A stretch of 64,000 nt of DNA. Source: a virus. Shown piece by piece: positions 11,050 to 21,374 of this stretch. Below the pieces are notes generated by a model. It saw nothing but the letters and a program-made list of their open reading frames with translations. It was not told the origin of the DNA and did no database searches. Every line of letters starts with the position of its first letter. Within the stretch, counting starts at the first letter, position 1. The DNA lies in IMG/VR virus record IMGVR_UViG_3300013125_000002; one strand, given 5' to 3'. A program made the translations under genes and the position numbers.

Positions 11050-11061
11050 CGAAGGACCTCG

Positions 11062-11814
11062 CTAGTTGATCAGAAGCAGCTTCCAACGACCAGCTGGGTT
11101 GCCAGCTATAGTCCGTGAGCGGACATATAGTGTCGTTTGGGAGTCAGAGCAGATCTGTACTCGATCTCCGGTCTGGATGAAGTCTCCCGTGTCATCATCA
11201 CCTGGAGCTACACCCAGATTGTAGTTGCCAAAGAGCAGATCACTCAGAAGAGCCCCAGCTGACCAGTTCGGATCAGCACGAAGCTCGTACAGTCTGTCAG
11301 CCTCCAGAACCCAGTGATCAGAACCCGCCCCTCCCCCCGCTACAGTCGTCACATCGGTTGCAGCCCCCGCACTAGAAAGAACTGGAGTTCTGTGGGGGCC
11401 AGATGGCTGAAGATCATCAGCTAGTGCTGCATCCCCCGCGATCACATCACAGGCAAAGAGAGTTGTCGCAAAACCACCTGCCCCAAATCCACGCACAGCG
11501 ATCTGAACGTAGTTGTCCAAGATCGGAAACGACAGACGCTTGGCGTAGTCACCTGTGAGGTGCTTGACCAAAGTCCCCGTCCCCTTTCGGGGGACCATTT
11601 GATCCGCACTGAAGCCATAAAGGAACTGGAACTCTACCCAATCAGCAGCCCCCAAAACCATGGTGATGTAAGCAGTGAGTTGAGTCAGCCCTCGGATATA
11701 GAGAGGCTCACTATACTGCCAGGCTGTAGTTACCGGCTGGGTAGGACTGGTGAGACCAAACCAGTGATTCTGCTGAATGGTGGAATCGTGAACAAGGCGG
11801 CCTTTAGGTTCCAT
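11062..11814 (-). CDS. Hypothetical virion protein
   Basis: 250-aa ORF with GAGG RBS in the structural operon. Confidence 0.6.
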   Translation of the reverse strand: MEPKGRLVHDSTIQQNHWFGLTSPTQPVTTAWQYSEPLYIRGLTQLTAYITMVLGAADWVEFQFLYGFSADQMVPRKGTGTLVKHLTGDYAKRLSFPILDNYVQIAVRGFGAGGFATTLFACDVIAGDAALADDLQPSGPHRTPVLSSAGAATDVTTVAGGGAGSDHWVLEADRLYELRADPNWSAGALLSDLLFGNYNLGVAPGDDDTGDFIQTGDRVQICSDSQTTLYVRSRTIAGNPAGRWKLLLIN

Positions 11815-11964
11815 GATTAACCTCTGCTCGTGGACACAAGGAGGCCACGTTGTCCAACATCACCACTTCAGCGAATCGGCCTCCGCAAGTTCCTCTCTTG
11901 GTGCATTTAGCTACCCGGATATGATCCTTCAGAGAGGAGTTCGTTTGCCAACAACCAACCTCGA

Positions 11965-12213
11965 CTAGGTGGCAGTCGGAGCAGGCGCCAGCGGGATCTG
12001 CGGATTGACCTCAAGCTTGCAGACCGTGTTCTGGAGGGCTGTCTCAGCCGTGGTGGCCTTGGTCTGCAGATCACCCACAAACCCCGCTGCTGACTTCAGG
12101 GCAGTGACCAGATCACCCACCACATCGAGCAGGTGGTTGTAGTTGCTGATCAGCTGAGCCACTTCCTGGGAGCCAAGGTCACCGACCACCTTCTGTGTCT
12201 TGAACGTTGCCAT
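11965..12213 (-). CDS. Small virion protein (possible head decoration)
   Basis: 82-aa ORF two genes downstream of the major capsid gene. Confidence 0.55.
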   Translation of the reverse strand: MATFKTQKVVGDLGSQEVAQLISNYNHLLDVVGDLVTALKSAAGFVGDLQTKATTAETALQNTVCKLEVNPQIPLAPAPTAT

Positions 12214-12228
12214 CTCTTCGATCTCCTG

Positions 12229-12885
12229 TTACTTGTTGACCTTTTTGGGGGTCTTCTTGAGTGGCTTCTTGGCCGGAGCCATCAGAACCACAGGTGTCTT
12301 CTCAACTTGAGCAGGAGGGGGCTCTGGCAGCACTTCCTGGGGCTTCTGAGCCAGCTCAGGGGCTGGTTGTGGTAGTGGAGCCTCGGTAACAAGCTCTGGC
12401 TCTCTCAGAGCATCCTGGGCAGCCACAGACGCCTTGGCAGCAGCCATCAGGTCTTCAGTCAAGACATCTGTCTCAACCTTGACCTCTGGGGCCTCCTGAA
12501 GTGCAGCTCGAGGGTCTTCCAGGACTGTGATCAGACCTGGGTACTTGGTTTGCAGCCCAGCCAGGTCCTCATACACGCTCCCAAGCACCGGAATAGAAGC
12601 TACTCCTCCTGCGTCGAAGGCAAACACAGTGCGCCCACTGAGTAGACTTCGATTCTTCATCCAACGGTGCTGAAGCTTGAGCGTGGAGGTTGTTGCTGTA
12701 GCCTTAGGAGAACTTGTCATCTGTGCCTTCTGTAGCGCTTGAGTGATCTGAAGGATCGAAGCGGGTAGTTTCTTCCGTTTCTGACCCTGTGTCTCCTCAC
12801 TCGGTGGTTGAGGTTTTTGCGCACACGTAATGCTGCAGACGTTGGCCCCTGGTCGAGTTGGTTTGCCGCAAATAATGCAAGGCAT
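12229..12885 (-). CDS. Hypothetical protein, N-terminal CxxC..CxxxC and Pro/Lys-rich tail
   Basis: 218-aa ORF following the capsid gene. Confidence 0.6.
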   Translation of the reverse strand: MPCIICGKPTRPGANVCSITCAQKPQPPSEETQGQKRKKLPASILQITQALQKAQMTSSPKATATTSTLKLQHRWMKNRSLLSGRTVFAFDAGGVASIPVLGSVYEDLAGLQTKYPGLITVLEDPRAALQEAPEVKVETDVLTEDLMAAAKASVAAQDALREPELVTEAPLPQPAPELAQKPQEVLPEPPPAQVEKTPVVLMAPAKKPLKKTPKKVNK

Positions 12886-12898
12886 GTCGTTCTAAAAT

Positions 12899-12930
12899 GC
12901 CCCAGGAGACCACTACCGATCTCCTGGGGC
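12899..12930 (-). terminator. Stem-loop after major capsid gene
   Basis: GCCCCAGGAGA...TCTCCTGGGGC inverted repeat followed by ATTTT on the minus strand. Confidence 0.55.
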
Positions 12931-12952
12931 GAGCTTACTTCTGGTTTGATGC

Positions 12953-14398
12953 CTACGACGGCATCTGACCGATGTTGATCATGCGGAGCCACTTCTTCGG
13001 CGCGAACATGATCGGGGTCCCGTAGAGCAGGATCATCCAGCGGTAGGCCGGAGCCAGAACCGCCAGGTCGAGCCGCATCATCGGGGCCAGCTGCCGGAAG
13101 GTGAGGACGTTCGGGGTCAGCTCACCCATGTAGGCGATGCTGGTGAACGACAGGAGGAAGTTCACGTCGTTCACCACGGTGTTGCCACCAGCCGCCTGCG
13201 AAGCTGCCGGAACCTGCATGATCAGGCTGTAGGAAGCTGCACCAGTCGGGACTGCCGCACCCGATGCCATGGGGGCTGTGCGGTAGATGCGGAAGAACTC
13301 GGTCGGGAAGGCACCGATAGCTGCCGCATTGGTCAGGGTGACTGCCACATGCACGCCAGCGTCCTTGTTGACCTGGGTGACATCCTGAACCGCCGCCATG
13401 ACCGGAGAGAAGGCCGACTCACCGAAGCGGTTGCAGGCTGTGCAGACGTAGGCGTAGGAGTTGGTGCCAGCAGCGGCGTTCTTGTTGAAGTCACCGTCCA
13501 CACCAGCCACACCAGTGGTGATCTGCTGCGGAACCGCCGGAGCGTTCGCATGTGTGGCTGCCGACGGTGGGCTCGGAAGCCGACGGATGAAGACATCCGG
13601 GTTGAACTCGATGGTCCCGGCTTGGGTTGCCATCGAGGTGACTGCCTGCCCGATGGTTCCATTGACAGGAGCCGGCAGGTTGATCCGCTCACGCGGATAC
13701 ATCGTCTTGACGAGATCACTCAGAACCCGGGTGCCCAGGAACAGATCCGTTGGGTAGCCGTAGTTCTCGATGATCATGTTCGAAGCTTCCTCGATGTCAG
13801 CTTCCTGCATCGGCTGACCCTCGAGATCGACGAACGAGGTGGCATCGACCAGGGCATCGAGACCATCCCACTGCTCACTCTCGCCGTCGAAAGCAAGCGA
13901 GCTGTCAGCAGTGAAGAGAGCGTTCTCGACACGCTCGAGAAGCCAGAGGATGCCGTTCTGGTTCTCGAGTGCGATCACATCCCAATGCGCCGGGTGAACC
14001 AGCGTGGCTGGATGGGTCACTTCCCTCGTGGTCCCGAGGAACTTCACGAGCTGCGTGCGTCTGGCGTAGTTGCTGTCTGTGCTGGGAGGAAGCTCTCCTT
14101 CCTGCGTGAACGCAAACGCGCCATTGGTGCCGTAGTCGATCAGCTGATTGTACTCCTCAACCGTCGAGTAGGCAGGGCTCTTCGGGATCTTCTTCCAGAA
14201 CTTGATGTGAGAGTTGGAGTACGTCACCACCTTGAGGCTGGCCTCGAGCGACTCCACACGGAGAGCGGAGCCACCCGTCTGGTTGGTCAGCTGATAGCCG
14301 GCCTCAAGAGCCTTCGACAACTCGGCCACATCCATGGCGGGTGCGGAACCGAAGCCGTTCAGCCCTTCGTAGTGACGCAGCGAAATCTGTCCGTACAT
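12953..14398 (-). CDS. Major capsid protein (SPO1/Twort/Herelleviridae-like)
   Basis: SKALEAG..TGGSALRVESLE..LK, PAYSTVEEY, LAPMMRLDLA..ILLYGTPIMFAPKKW motifs; follows scaffold and protease. Confidence 0.9.
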   Translation of the reverse strand: MYGQISLRHYEGLNGFGSAPAMDVAELSKALEAGYQLTNQTGGSALRVESLEASLKVVTYSNSHIKFWKKIPKSPAYSTVEEYNQLIDYGTNGAFAFTQEGELPPSTDSNYARRTQLVKFLGTTREVTHPATLVHPAHWDVIALENQNGILWLLERVENALFTADSSLAFDGESEQWDGLDALVDATSFVDLEGQPMQEADIEEASNMIIENYGYPTDLFLGTRVLSDLVKTMYPRERINLPAPVNGTIGQAVTSMATQAGTIEFNPDVFIRRLPSPPSAATHANAPAVPQQITTGVAGVDGDFNKNAAAGTNSYAYVCTACNRFGESAFSPVMAAVQDVTQVNKDAGVHVAVTLTNAAAIGAFPTEFFRIYRTAPMASGAAVPTGAASYSLIMQVPAASQAAGGNTVVNDVNFLLSFTSIAYMGELTPNVLTFRQLAPMMRLDLAVLAPAYRWMILLYGTPIMFAPKKWLRMINIGQMPS

Positions 14399-14438
14399 GT
14401 GATCCTCCTTCGCTTTCTGCGTCTGGGTTGTTGGCGGC

Positions 14439-15437
14439 TTAGCCCGCCTGGAAGCTCTTCATCACGAGATCTTCGACCGCCGGTCCCATCTGGCCGGTCA
14501 TCTCGAACTTGATCACGTCAAGCGAGTTCAGCTTGCCCTTCTCGACGAGATCACCCATGCGGTCCAGAACCTGGGCCTTGGTGAGCTGCTGCTCGCCCTG
14601 GCTCTTGCTCAGAACCTGCAGGTTTGGGCGGCCTGGTGCCGGGGCCACACGCATCTGGGACTTGGGGGCGCCAGCCGGAGCTTGAGCGATCTGCTCCTGC
14701 TGCTGGATCGTCCCCTGGATGCCGTGACCGATGTTGACGATGGCATCAGCCAGGCTCTTGTTGAACTCGCCCTGGTTGCTGGCGAACTCAGTGAGGGCGC
14801 CAAGAACCCGGCTGGTCACGTGGTCCGTGACCTGCTTGGTCACACGAGCCTCGAGCCCCTGCAGACCAGCAGCGAAGGACTTCGCGAACTCCGACAGGAA
14901 CTCGCTGACCTCGATCCCCTTGCGCAGGGTCTCGTTGGCTGCGACTTCGGACTGGAGAGACTTCCCGAACATCTCGTCTTCGGGCTCGTCATCGTCCTTC
15001 TTGTCCTTGTCGTCCTTCTTCTTGTCGTCCTTCTTGTCCTTGTCGTCCTTCTTGTCCTTGTCGTCGTCCTTGCCACCAGCCATGAATGGCGGCAGCTCGT
15101 CCTGACCCTTCGAGACTTCGCTGTGCTCGAGATCGCTCTTCAGAAGTGCAACCTCTTGCGGGGTCAGCGGCTGGCCCTTCATGACCTTCTCGGCGATGGA
15201 CTTGCGGACCTTCTTGGCGCCACCGTTGTAGTCGGTTCCGCCACCAGTGATGCTGTCATCCCAGCTGTCACCGATCTGGTCCTTGGTGCTCCCTGCCCAG
15301 CTCGAGACCTCGCTGTTGGGACCGGTGCAGATCTGCGACTTGTTCATGTCCGTCTGCTCCCCGGTCTCACCCTTGGCGAGAGCCTCCAGTCGAGCCAGGG
15401 ACTTGAAGAAGTCGTGCTGCGTGATCTTGTCGGACAT
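14439..15437 (-). CDS. Capsid scaffold protein
   Basis: Between protease and capsid; helical, K/D low-complexity tract; start chosen at MSDKITQ (GGAG RBS). Confidence 0.75.
   Translation of the reverse strand: MSDKITQHDFFKSLARLEALAKGETGEQTDMNKSQICTGPNSEVSSWAGSTKDQIGDSWDDSITGGGTDYNGGAKKVRKSIAEKVMKGQPLTPQEVALLKSDLEHSEVSKGQDELPPFMAGGKDDDKDKKDDKDKKDDKKKDDKDKKDDDEPEDEMFGKSLQSEVAANETLRKGIEVSEFLSEFAKSFAAGLQGLEARVTKQVTDHVTSRVLGALTEFASNQGEFNKSLADAIVNIGHGIQGTIQQQEQIAQAPAGAPKSQMRVAPAPGRPNLQVLSKSQGEQQLTKAQVLDRMGDLVEKGKLNSLDVIKFEMTGQMGPAVEDLVMKSFQAG
14990..15072 (-). repeat. Low-complexity GAC/AAG repeat encoding DDKDKK units
   Basis: Repeated ttgtccttgtcgtccttc units. Confidence 0.8.
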
Positions 15438-15453
15438 CTTCTTGTCTCCCTTG

Positions 15454-16332
15454 CTAGTTCCGGTTGATCTCAAAGACCGCTTCAGTCAGGACGATGGACT
15501 CGGTTCTTGAAAGTCCACGTTCCCTGTGAAGCAGATCCACACACTCATCGAATGAGAGTGACTTGTTTGCCCACTTCTGATCTCTGACCTTGGAGTCAAG
15601 ACTTTCAGGAACCAACGCCGCACCACTGGAAGTCGTAAACGCCTTCTGCTCATCCTCAGTCTTGTTCAGATCGAGATCACCCTCGTTCGAGGGAGCCTCT
15701 ACGATGCCCTTCTTGCAGGCGCCACAAGGCTTCTTGCAAACGCAAGCGACCGACTTTCCAAGTGCAGTCTCCGGCATGATCAATCCGGATTGATCATGTA
15801 CACACCACATATCAGCTGGAACTGCGTTCAGAGACTTCACAACGTCCAGCCATGTGTGGGTGTTGATCGGTGCAGCAGTGATCGCGATATCCTGAATCCA
15901 GCACTTCAGGATGCGACGACCCGCCCGACGGATGACCTTGCCTTGGATAGAGAAACCGAGCTTGCGAGTAGAGCCTGAGGCAGCGAGAGCGTTGGCCAAC
16001 TCCCAGATCGCATCAGCGACCTTGTGGGTGCCAGGCTCCCAAAGAAAGCCCTTGGTCCAAAGACCTTCTTTGGTGATCCTTGCTTCAGTTGGCTGACCGA
16101 CTTTGTTCTCAAAACCGGGCTTGTGGTCGTTATTGTAGTACCCGTACTGCAGAAAGTACTCAGTATCGATCCCACGTTGCTCAACGATCTCAGTCTGAAG
16201 ATCTTCATCCTCGGTGGAGGAGATGCCCTGAACCCACCGAGTGTGGCCGAGAGTCTTCTTGGCTGTGTCGCTCTTGTTGATATCGAGCGGTAGCCAGAAG
16301 TCAAACTCGTTACTTTTGATGAGATCAATCAT
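15454..16332 (-). CDS. Prohead maturation protease
   Basis: GISSTEDEDLQTE, YYNNDH, LGFSIQG, AITAAPIN motifs of HK97/Herelleviridae-type proteases. Confidence 0.88.
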   Translation of the reverse strand: MIDLIKSNEFDFWLPLDINKSDTAKKTLGHTRWVQGISSTEDEDLQTEIVEQRGIDTEYFLQYGYYNNDHKPGFENKVGQPTEARITKEGLWTKGFLWEPGTHKVADAIWELANALAASGSTRKLGFSIQGKVIRRAGRRILKCWIQDIAITAAPINTHTWLDVVKSLNAVPADMWCVHDQSGLIMPETALGKSVACVCKKPCGACKKGIVEAPSNEGDLDLNKTEDEQKAFTTSSGAALVPESLDSKVRDQKWANKSLSFDECVDLLHRERGLSRTESIVLTEAVFEINRN

Positions 16333-16426
16333 GCCCAGATACGCAAAGAGGGAGATCGGGCGGTAAAGCCCGTCTCCCTCTCTGGAGACCCTTTCGCTTT
16401 TCAGTCGATCCTATGCTCGACTGTCG

Positions 16427-16455
16427 AACCTACTGGTTCTAGAAATAGCTGTCAA
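16427..16455 (-). promoter_or_regulatory. Sigma70-type promoter upstream of protease-scaffold-capsid
   Basis: TTGACA-17 nt-TAGGTT; spacer contains the recurrent CTAGAACCAG motif. Confidence 0.55.
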
Positions 16456-16475
16456 GGATCTTCGTGGGATACGAT

Positions 16476-16715
16476 CTAGCGGCGAGGTAAGTTGCTGACT
16501 TTGCGGACAAATAGACTAGGATTTGAAGCGAAAGACTTCATAAGGTCTTGGTCTAAGACGATAGGAATGGGGTGCTCTTTGCCGCAGCCTTTGCAGATCG
16601 CATAGGCTCGTTGACCTCGAAACACAATGGTCTTGTTTCGAATCTTGGTTGTATCGCCTTGGGACTTCATGATGACTTCACCACAACTACAAGCGTAGAA
16701 GTGCTCTATCATCAC
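16476..16715 (-). CDS. Small zinc-ribbon protein
   Basis: CSCG...CKGCG; ATGA overlap with upstream gene. Confidence 0.6.
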   Translation of the reverse strand: MMIEHFYACSCGEVIMKSQGDTTKIRNKTIVFRGQRAYAICKGCGKEHPIPIVLDQDLMKSFASNPSLFVRKVSNLPRR

Positions 16716-17008
16716 AGTTTTCCATAACGGCGCTGAGCCTGCTCTGTCTGGGCTGTGTACTTGATCCTCTTCAGTTTCTCTATCTCAGCAGCGTCTGGTA
16801 CTGGCTTCTCCATCTCTGCTTCGATCTTGAGATCGCATATCTCCACGATGTCCTCAAGATTCTGACAGAGCTTGGCATGATGAAGTTGTGTCCCAGCAGC
16901 GGCTTTCGTCATGTCCTTTGATGGTGGAGGGAACTTACCTGTCTCCTCTGCATCCTTATGCTCATTGGCACGATCAATGTCATCCTCAGTGAAGAATCGC
17001 CCAGGCAT
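16712..17008 (-). CDS. Hypothetical protein
   Basis: 98 aa, AGGAG RBS. Confidence 0.6.
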   Translation of the reverse strand: MPGRFFTEDDIDRANEHKDAEETGKFPPPSKDMTKAAAGTQLHHAKLCQNLEDIVEICDLKIEAEMEKPVPDAAEIEKLKRIKYTAQTEQAQRRYGKL

Positions 17009-17018
17009 GAATCTACTC

Positions 17019-20000
17019 CTATGCCGTCACGAAGAGCCCCAAGCTCTTACGAACAGGCTTCTGAGGTGCAGAGGCCGCCTTCTCTTTGGCCTCACGAATC
17101 GCATGGAGCACTTCCTTGCGCTTCTCAGGCATCATCTGAGGCTTTGTCACCATGCCCGGAGAGGTTGCTCGGATGAAATCCATCTGCCGGTGCAGATTGT
17201 CCCAATGAGCGTGTTCAAAGGGACTGTCTGTGTGGCGATAGGTGTAGATGTCAAGTTGATCACCCAACTTCGGGTCACGAGCTGCCCGACCGTGAGCCTG
17301 GAGAAGAGTCGCTGCGTCATCTGGAGCACCAACAACGTGGAGTGTGTCAGCCTCCTGAAGGTTGTGCCCAGCTGCAGTATCCTTGTCGATGATCACAACA
17401 GGAATCTTGTACTCACCCTTGACGTACTTACCGGTCTTGTCATCGATCCTGTCTGAGTCTTCTTTCCACATCTTCTTCCGAGCATCGACAACTGTCCCCT
17501 TGAGCTGACCTCCATCCTTGATGTCCTTGGTCAGTAGCTCAGGGTTCTTCGCATCTCGCAGTGAGGTTGCCATACTGACATTGGCAATTCCCGCCTGATC
17601 AAGTGCATGTTGTACAGCTGCTGCCTGCTGGGGAGAGCTGACCACTACAATGTGCTTTCGCTTCTTGCCAGAGATCTTCTCACGCTTCTCTGTCTTCCCC
17701 TCATGCCGAATGCGAACTCCACCCTGGATCTCAGCCTTGAGGTTATGGACCAAAGACTGAATCTTGGGGTTGTCATCAGGATCAGCAGCATCGACATTGA
17801 GCCGATGAAGATTGGCAATCTCATTCTCAGCGTTCTGTCTTGCCCTCTTCATCTGTTCTCTACGACCGGCGGGATCATCTGCACTGATCTTGGCATACTT
17901 GATTCTTCTGCCATCCTCGGTCGTGAGAATGCCACCCTTCTGGGCCTTGTCCTGATGCTTCTTGTAGACAGCAGCCTGCTGAGCTTCGATCTGCTTCTGA
18001 GACACTCTTTGGATATCAGAACGGCGTACATGCACATCGTGATGATTGATCTTGAAGGAGACCTTCTTGACATCGTCACCACTCACATATGGACCGATCT
18101 GGTCCATGATGTCTCTGGCAAGAAGGTCACGCTGAGCGCTCGTGCTACCACCCTCGAGCTGCTTGAACATCTCGTAGGGGATGAATGGCCGAGGCTGGGC
18201 ACTCTTCTTCCCGACCTGGCGGCCTGCCTCCTTCTCATAGACTGGACGCATTCTCCCAGTTGGCTCTTTGGTCTTAGGGTTCACTGTCTCCTTGTAGATC
18301 GGAGCACCCTTCTCATCTACGGCAGGACGCTGCGCTGACCAGCGCACAAGATCATAGGCTTCACGAAGATTCTCACGAGCCGGAGTCGCTGTGAGGGCCA
18401 CTTTGTGCGTGGAAGGAATGCTGAAGATGCGCTTACCGATGTTCATTCGGTTGCGCCCACGCAGACCCAATAGCATCTGCGGTTCATCCACAACGATCCC
18501 ATTCGGTGGGCGACCAGAACCACCCATCTGGCGCTCGAGATACTCATTGTTCTCTGCTGCCGACTGGTGGTTCATGACAAAGATGGCGTGCTTGAGATGC
18601 TTCGTCTGCTTGAGCAGACTGTCGATTTGCCCCTTTGAGTAATGCTCCGGGACCTCGACGATATAGGCTCGACCTTCACCCTGCTTGGGGAGCTTGGGGT
18701 CGACAAACTTCCCTGTTGGCTCTTTGTTCTTGTCGAGGACTGGCTTCCAGTGAACGATGCTGATCTTCTCAGGATCGAAGAACTTTGCAGCCTCCTGGAC
18801 CCACTCACTGACCTTTGCTGGTGGAACGATCACCACCCCACGATAACCAGCGTTGGGACCCTTCATGTCTTGGTCGACTCGAGCCCCAAGATAGCCCAAC
18901 CCCGTCAGTGTCTTGCCAGCAGCAGTTGATCTGGTGATGACTCCACCACCACTTTGCATCAGCCAACGAATATCTGTCGCTTGGTTGCCACGTAGCTTCT
19001 CCCCAGACTTGAGCTGAGGCAGAATCTCCTGAGCAGTCCCAAGTCCACCTTTGGACAAGGGCTTGTCAATCCAGTCATTGGTCTTTTCGTTGATCTGAGA
19101 AGTGTCGTCCTTGATCGCGTTCAGCTTGGATGCCTTCTGCGCATCCTGTACCCACCGCTCAAGGTGAGGCACAAGTCTCTCACCACGGAATCGAATCGTT
19201 GCTCCCTCAGGCCCCGTCTCGACTGCGACCTCTTCACGTGACTTGATGCCCAAGCTCTTCAGCTTCTCGCGAACCAGCTTCTCTTGTTCACCCTCAGACA
19301 AGCCCTCTCCACCCACATGCATGGATAGGTCTCGGAGATCCTCATTGGCCTCACGACCTCGACGAACAGACTTCAGAGAGTAGAGGAACCCAGCAGCTGT
19401 CTGGAGACCACCAATCGTCTCTCCGACTAGCTTCTCCTGCTCATCCAGATAGCGGTTGTCCATCTGAAGAGCTGCCATTCGATCCCGAAGACCTTCGGTG
19501 TCGATCTTCTGGACATTCCTGGTGCTGAGTCCTGCTTTCTTCAGACGCTCGATCAACTCATCGTTGACAGCGATATCCCCCGAAGCCATCTGCTCACGCA
19601 AGACCTTCTGCGCATCTTCGATCTCGCCAAGCCTCTGAAGCGCACGCTCCTCAGCTGCATGTTGATTCACGCGATTCCACATCGTGATGTCGTGAACCAT
19701 CTGATCATAATGCTCGAGCGTGAACTTCTCTCGCTTGCCTGTCTTTGGGTTAGAGATGGTTGTAGTACCCTTCTCTGCTAGATCGTGAAGGTACGAAGCC
19801 ATGGCATAAGAGGCCAACTCTGGCCCAAGACTGTCGGTTAGCTTCTTCAGATCTGGGACACCCAGACCTGGAGCAAAACCAGACACAAACCCTGTGAGAG
19901 TGCTTGTGGCACCGTCATTCATGTAGCCCTTGACATTGCCGCCCGTCTCGTCTTTCCAGTGGGAAGCAAGAGCTTTGTAAAGGTTGGTCTCCCTGGGCAT

Positions 20001-21374
20001 CGACGCTGCTGTCTCTCGAATGTTGGATGCAGCAGCATAGATATCCTTCTCATCGATTCCCATGTCGAGAAGGTCCTGGTGATCAACAAGCACTGCGTGA
20101 AGACGCATCTCTTCTACGTCAGGATCCATGCCCTCTGGTTGTCTGGACGCATAGACCGCCTTCCGCTTCACATCTTCGATCTTCCTATCATAGGCATCGG
20201 TCTGTTTGAGTGTCTGAACCAGACTCTCAGCAGTCTTTTGCGCTGCTAGGATTTCTTTCTGATCCTTGATAGGAAGCTTAGGCTCCGAGGGGCGAATGGA
20301 AAGGTCCACAGCACCTGGCCCTGATAAGGCTTCACCACCACGCATCTGAGCCTCATGGATCTTGTCATCCATGATGTCGTGCATTGCGACCTGAACTTCC
20401 TGAGGGGTCTCAGCGTCAGCAAGCTTGTTGATATCCTCCCCCGAGAGGTTCATGTCGAGGTGCATCTCAGACGTGAAGTCTTTGACGTTGAGCTTGGGCT
20501 CTTTGCCCTGTTCAACTTGCTTCTTGGCGTCCTGCAGAGCCTCGATGGTCTTTCCCAGTACCTCTGATGCACGATCTCTCTTCTCTGACTTCATACGAGA
20601 AATGGCAAGATCGACTGCACCATCGATCTTCTTTTCATCCAGACCTGCTTGTCGAAGCTGTGTTGCGAGATGCTCCTTCACTCCCTCGAGCTGTTGGCCG
20701 AACAATGAAGCCGCATCTTTTCGGATACCCACGGCACCAAGCACATTGTCCTTCAGCCTCTTGGCTTGGCGCATCAGCTTTTTCTTGAGAGGAGCAGCCT
20801 CATCATGGATCTTCTTGATGTGTTCCTTGACCTTTGATTGCTTCTGAGTCGCCTCCATTTCCTCTGGAGTCGGAGGGGCCTTGGACTGCCGATCACCCAT
20901 CTTGGAAGCGAAGTGAAGATACTCTGCCCCCTTCCCACCAGTGACTCGTTCTTTGCCTGTCTCTGGATCAGTCTCTTTTTGTGGAGGCACTACACCAGCC
21001 CCACCCACAATAGCAGCCTTGTTGTCCGGTAGCCTGGCTACAAGAACGTGTCGATGAGACAGAGGTCCAGACTGAGGGGTACACCAGAAGGTACTCCCCA
21101 CTGGAACACTACTGATGACAATCTTGCCCTGCCCGTCCAGCTCAGGTCGGACTGGGGCTCCGTACCTGGCTCTGATCTTCGCGAAGTGGGCCTTCTCCTG
21201 GTGGCTGTACTGCTTCGCCTTCAGAAGGGGCTCCTCCGTTGGCAGCAGCTTCCTGCTCTTCTGAATCTCCTGCAGGCTCTTCCCAAGCAGATTGAGGAGT
21301 CGATTCGTCTGCGGGTCCACTACGATCAGTGGAATCAAGCTCGTCCTCTGCGTCAACATCATCCGGCTCCTCAT
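17019..21374 (-). CDS. Large SF2/SNF2-like helicase-domain protein (DarB/polyvalent type); start uncertain
   Basis: Motifs TAAGKT, VVDEPQ, LTATP, AAGHNLQ, QAHGRAAR. Confidence 0.8.
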   Translation of the reverse strand: MRSRMMLTQRTSLIPLIVVDPQTNRLLNLLGKSLQEIQKSRKLLPTEEPLLKAKQYSHQEKAHFAKIRARYGAPVRPELDGQGKIVISSVPVGSTFWCTPQSGPLSHRHVLVARLPDNKAAIVGGAGVVPPQKETDPETGKERVTGGKGAEYLHFASKMGDRQSKAPPTPEEMEATQKQSKVKEHIKKIHDEAAPLKKKLMRQAKRLKDNVLGAVGIRKDAASLFGQQLEGVKEHLATQLRQAGLDEKKIDGAVDLAISRMKSEKRDRASEVLGKTIEALQDAKKQVEQGKEPKLNVKDFTSEMHLDMNLSGEDINKLADAETPQEVQVAMHDIMDDKIHEAQMRGGEALSGPGAVDLSIRPSEPKLPIKDQKEILAAQKTAESLVQTLKQTDAYDRKIEDVKRKAVYASRQPEGMDPDVEEMRLHAVLVDHQDLLDMGIDEKDIYAAASNIRETAASMPRETNLYKALASHWKDETGGNVKGYMNDGATSTLTGFVSGFAPGLGVPDLKKLTDSLGPELASYAMASYLHDLAEKGTTTISNPKTGKREKFTLEHYDQMVHDITMWNRVNQHAAEERALQRLGEIEDAQKVLREQMASGDIAVNDELIERLKKAGLSTRNVQKIDTEGLRDRMAALQMDNRYLDEQEKLVGETIGGLQTAAGFLYSLKSVRRGREANEDLRDLSMHVGGEGLSEGEQEKLVREKLKSLGIKSREEVAVETGPEGATIRFRGERLVPHLERWVQDAQKASKLNAIKDDTSQINEKTNDWIDKPLSKGGLGTAQEILPQLKSGEKLRGNQATDIRWLMQSGGGVITRSTAAGKTLTGLGYLGARVDQDMKGPNAGYRGVVIVPPAKVSEWVQEAAKFFDPEKISIVHWKPVLDKNKEPTGKFVDPKLPKQGEGRAYIVEVPEHYSKGQIDSLLKQTKHLKHAIFVMNHQSAAENNEYLERQMGGSGRPPNGIVVDEPQMLLGLRGRNRMNIGKRIFSIPSTHKVALTATPARENLREAYDLVRWSAQRPAVDEKGAPIYKETVNPKTKEPTGRMRPVYEKEAGRQVGKKSAQPRPFIPYEMFKQLEGGSTSAQRDLLARDIMDQIGPYVSGDDVKKVSFKINHHDVHVRRSDIQRVSQKQIEAQQAAVYKKHQDKAQKGGILTTEDGRRIKYAKISADDPAGRREQMKRARQNAENEIANLHRLNVDAADPDDNPKIQSLVHNLKAEIQGGVRIRHEGKTEKREKISGKKRKHIVVVSSPQQAAAVQHALDQAGIANVSMATSLRDAKNPELLTKDIKDGGQLKGTVVDARKKMWKEDSDRIDDKTGKYVKGEYKIPVVIIDKDTAAGHNLQEADTLHVVGAPDDAATLLQAHGRAARDPKLGDQLDIYTYRHTDSPFEHAHWDNLHRQMDFIRATSPGMVTKPQMMPEKRKEVLHAIREAKEKAASAPQKPVRKSLGLFVTA

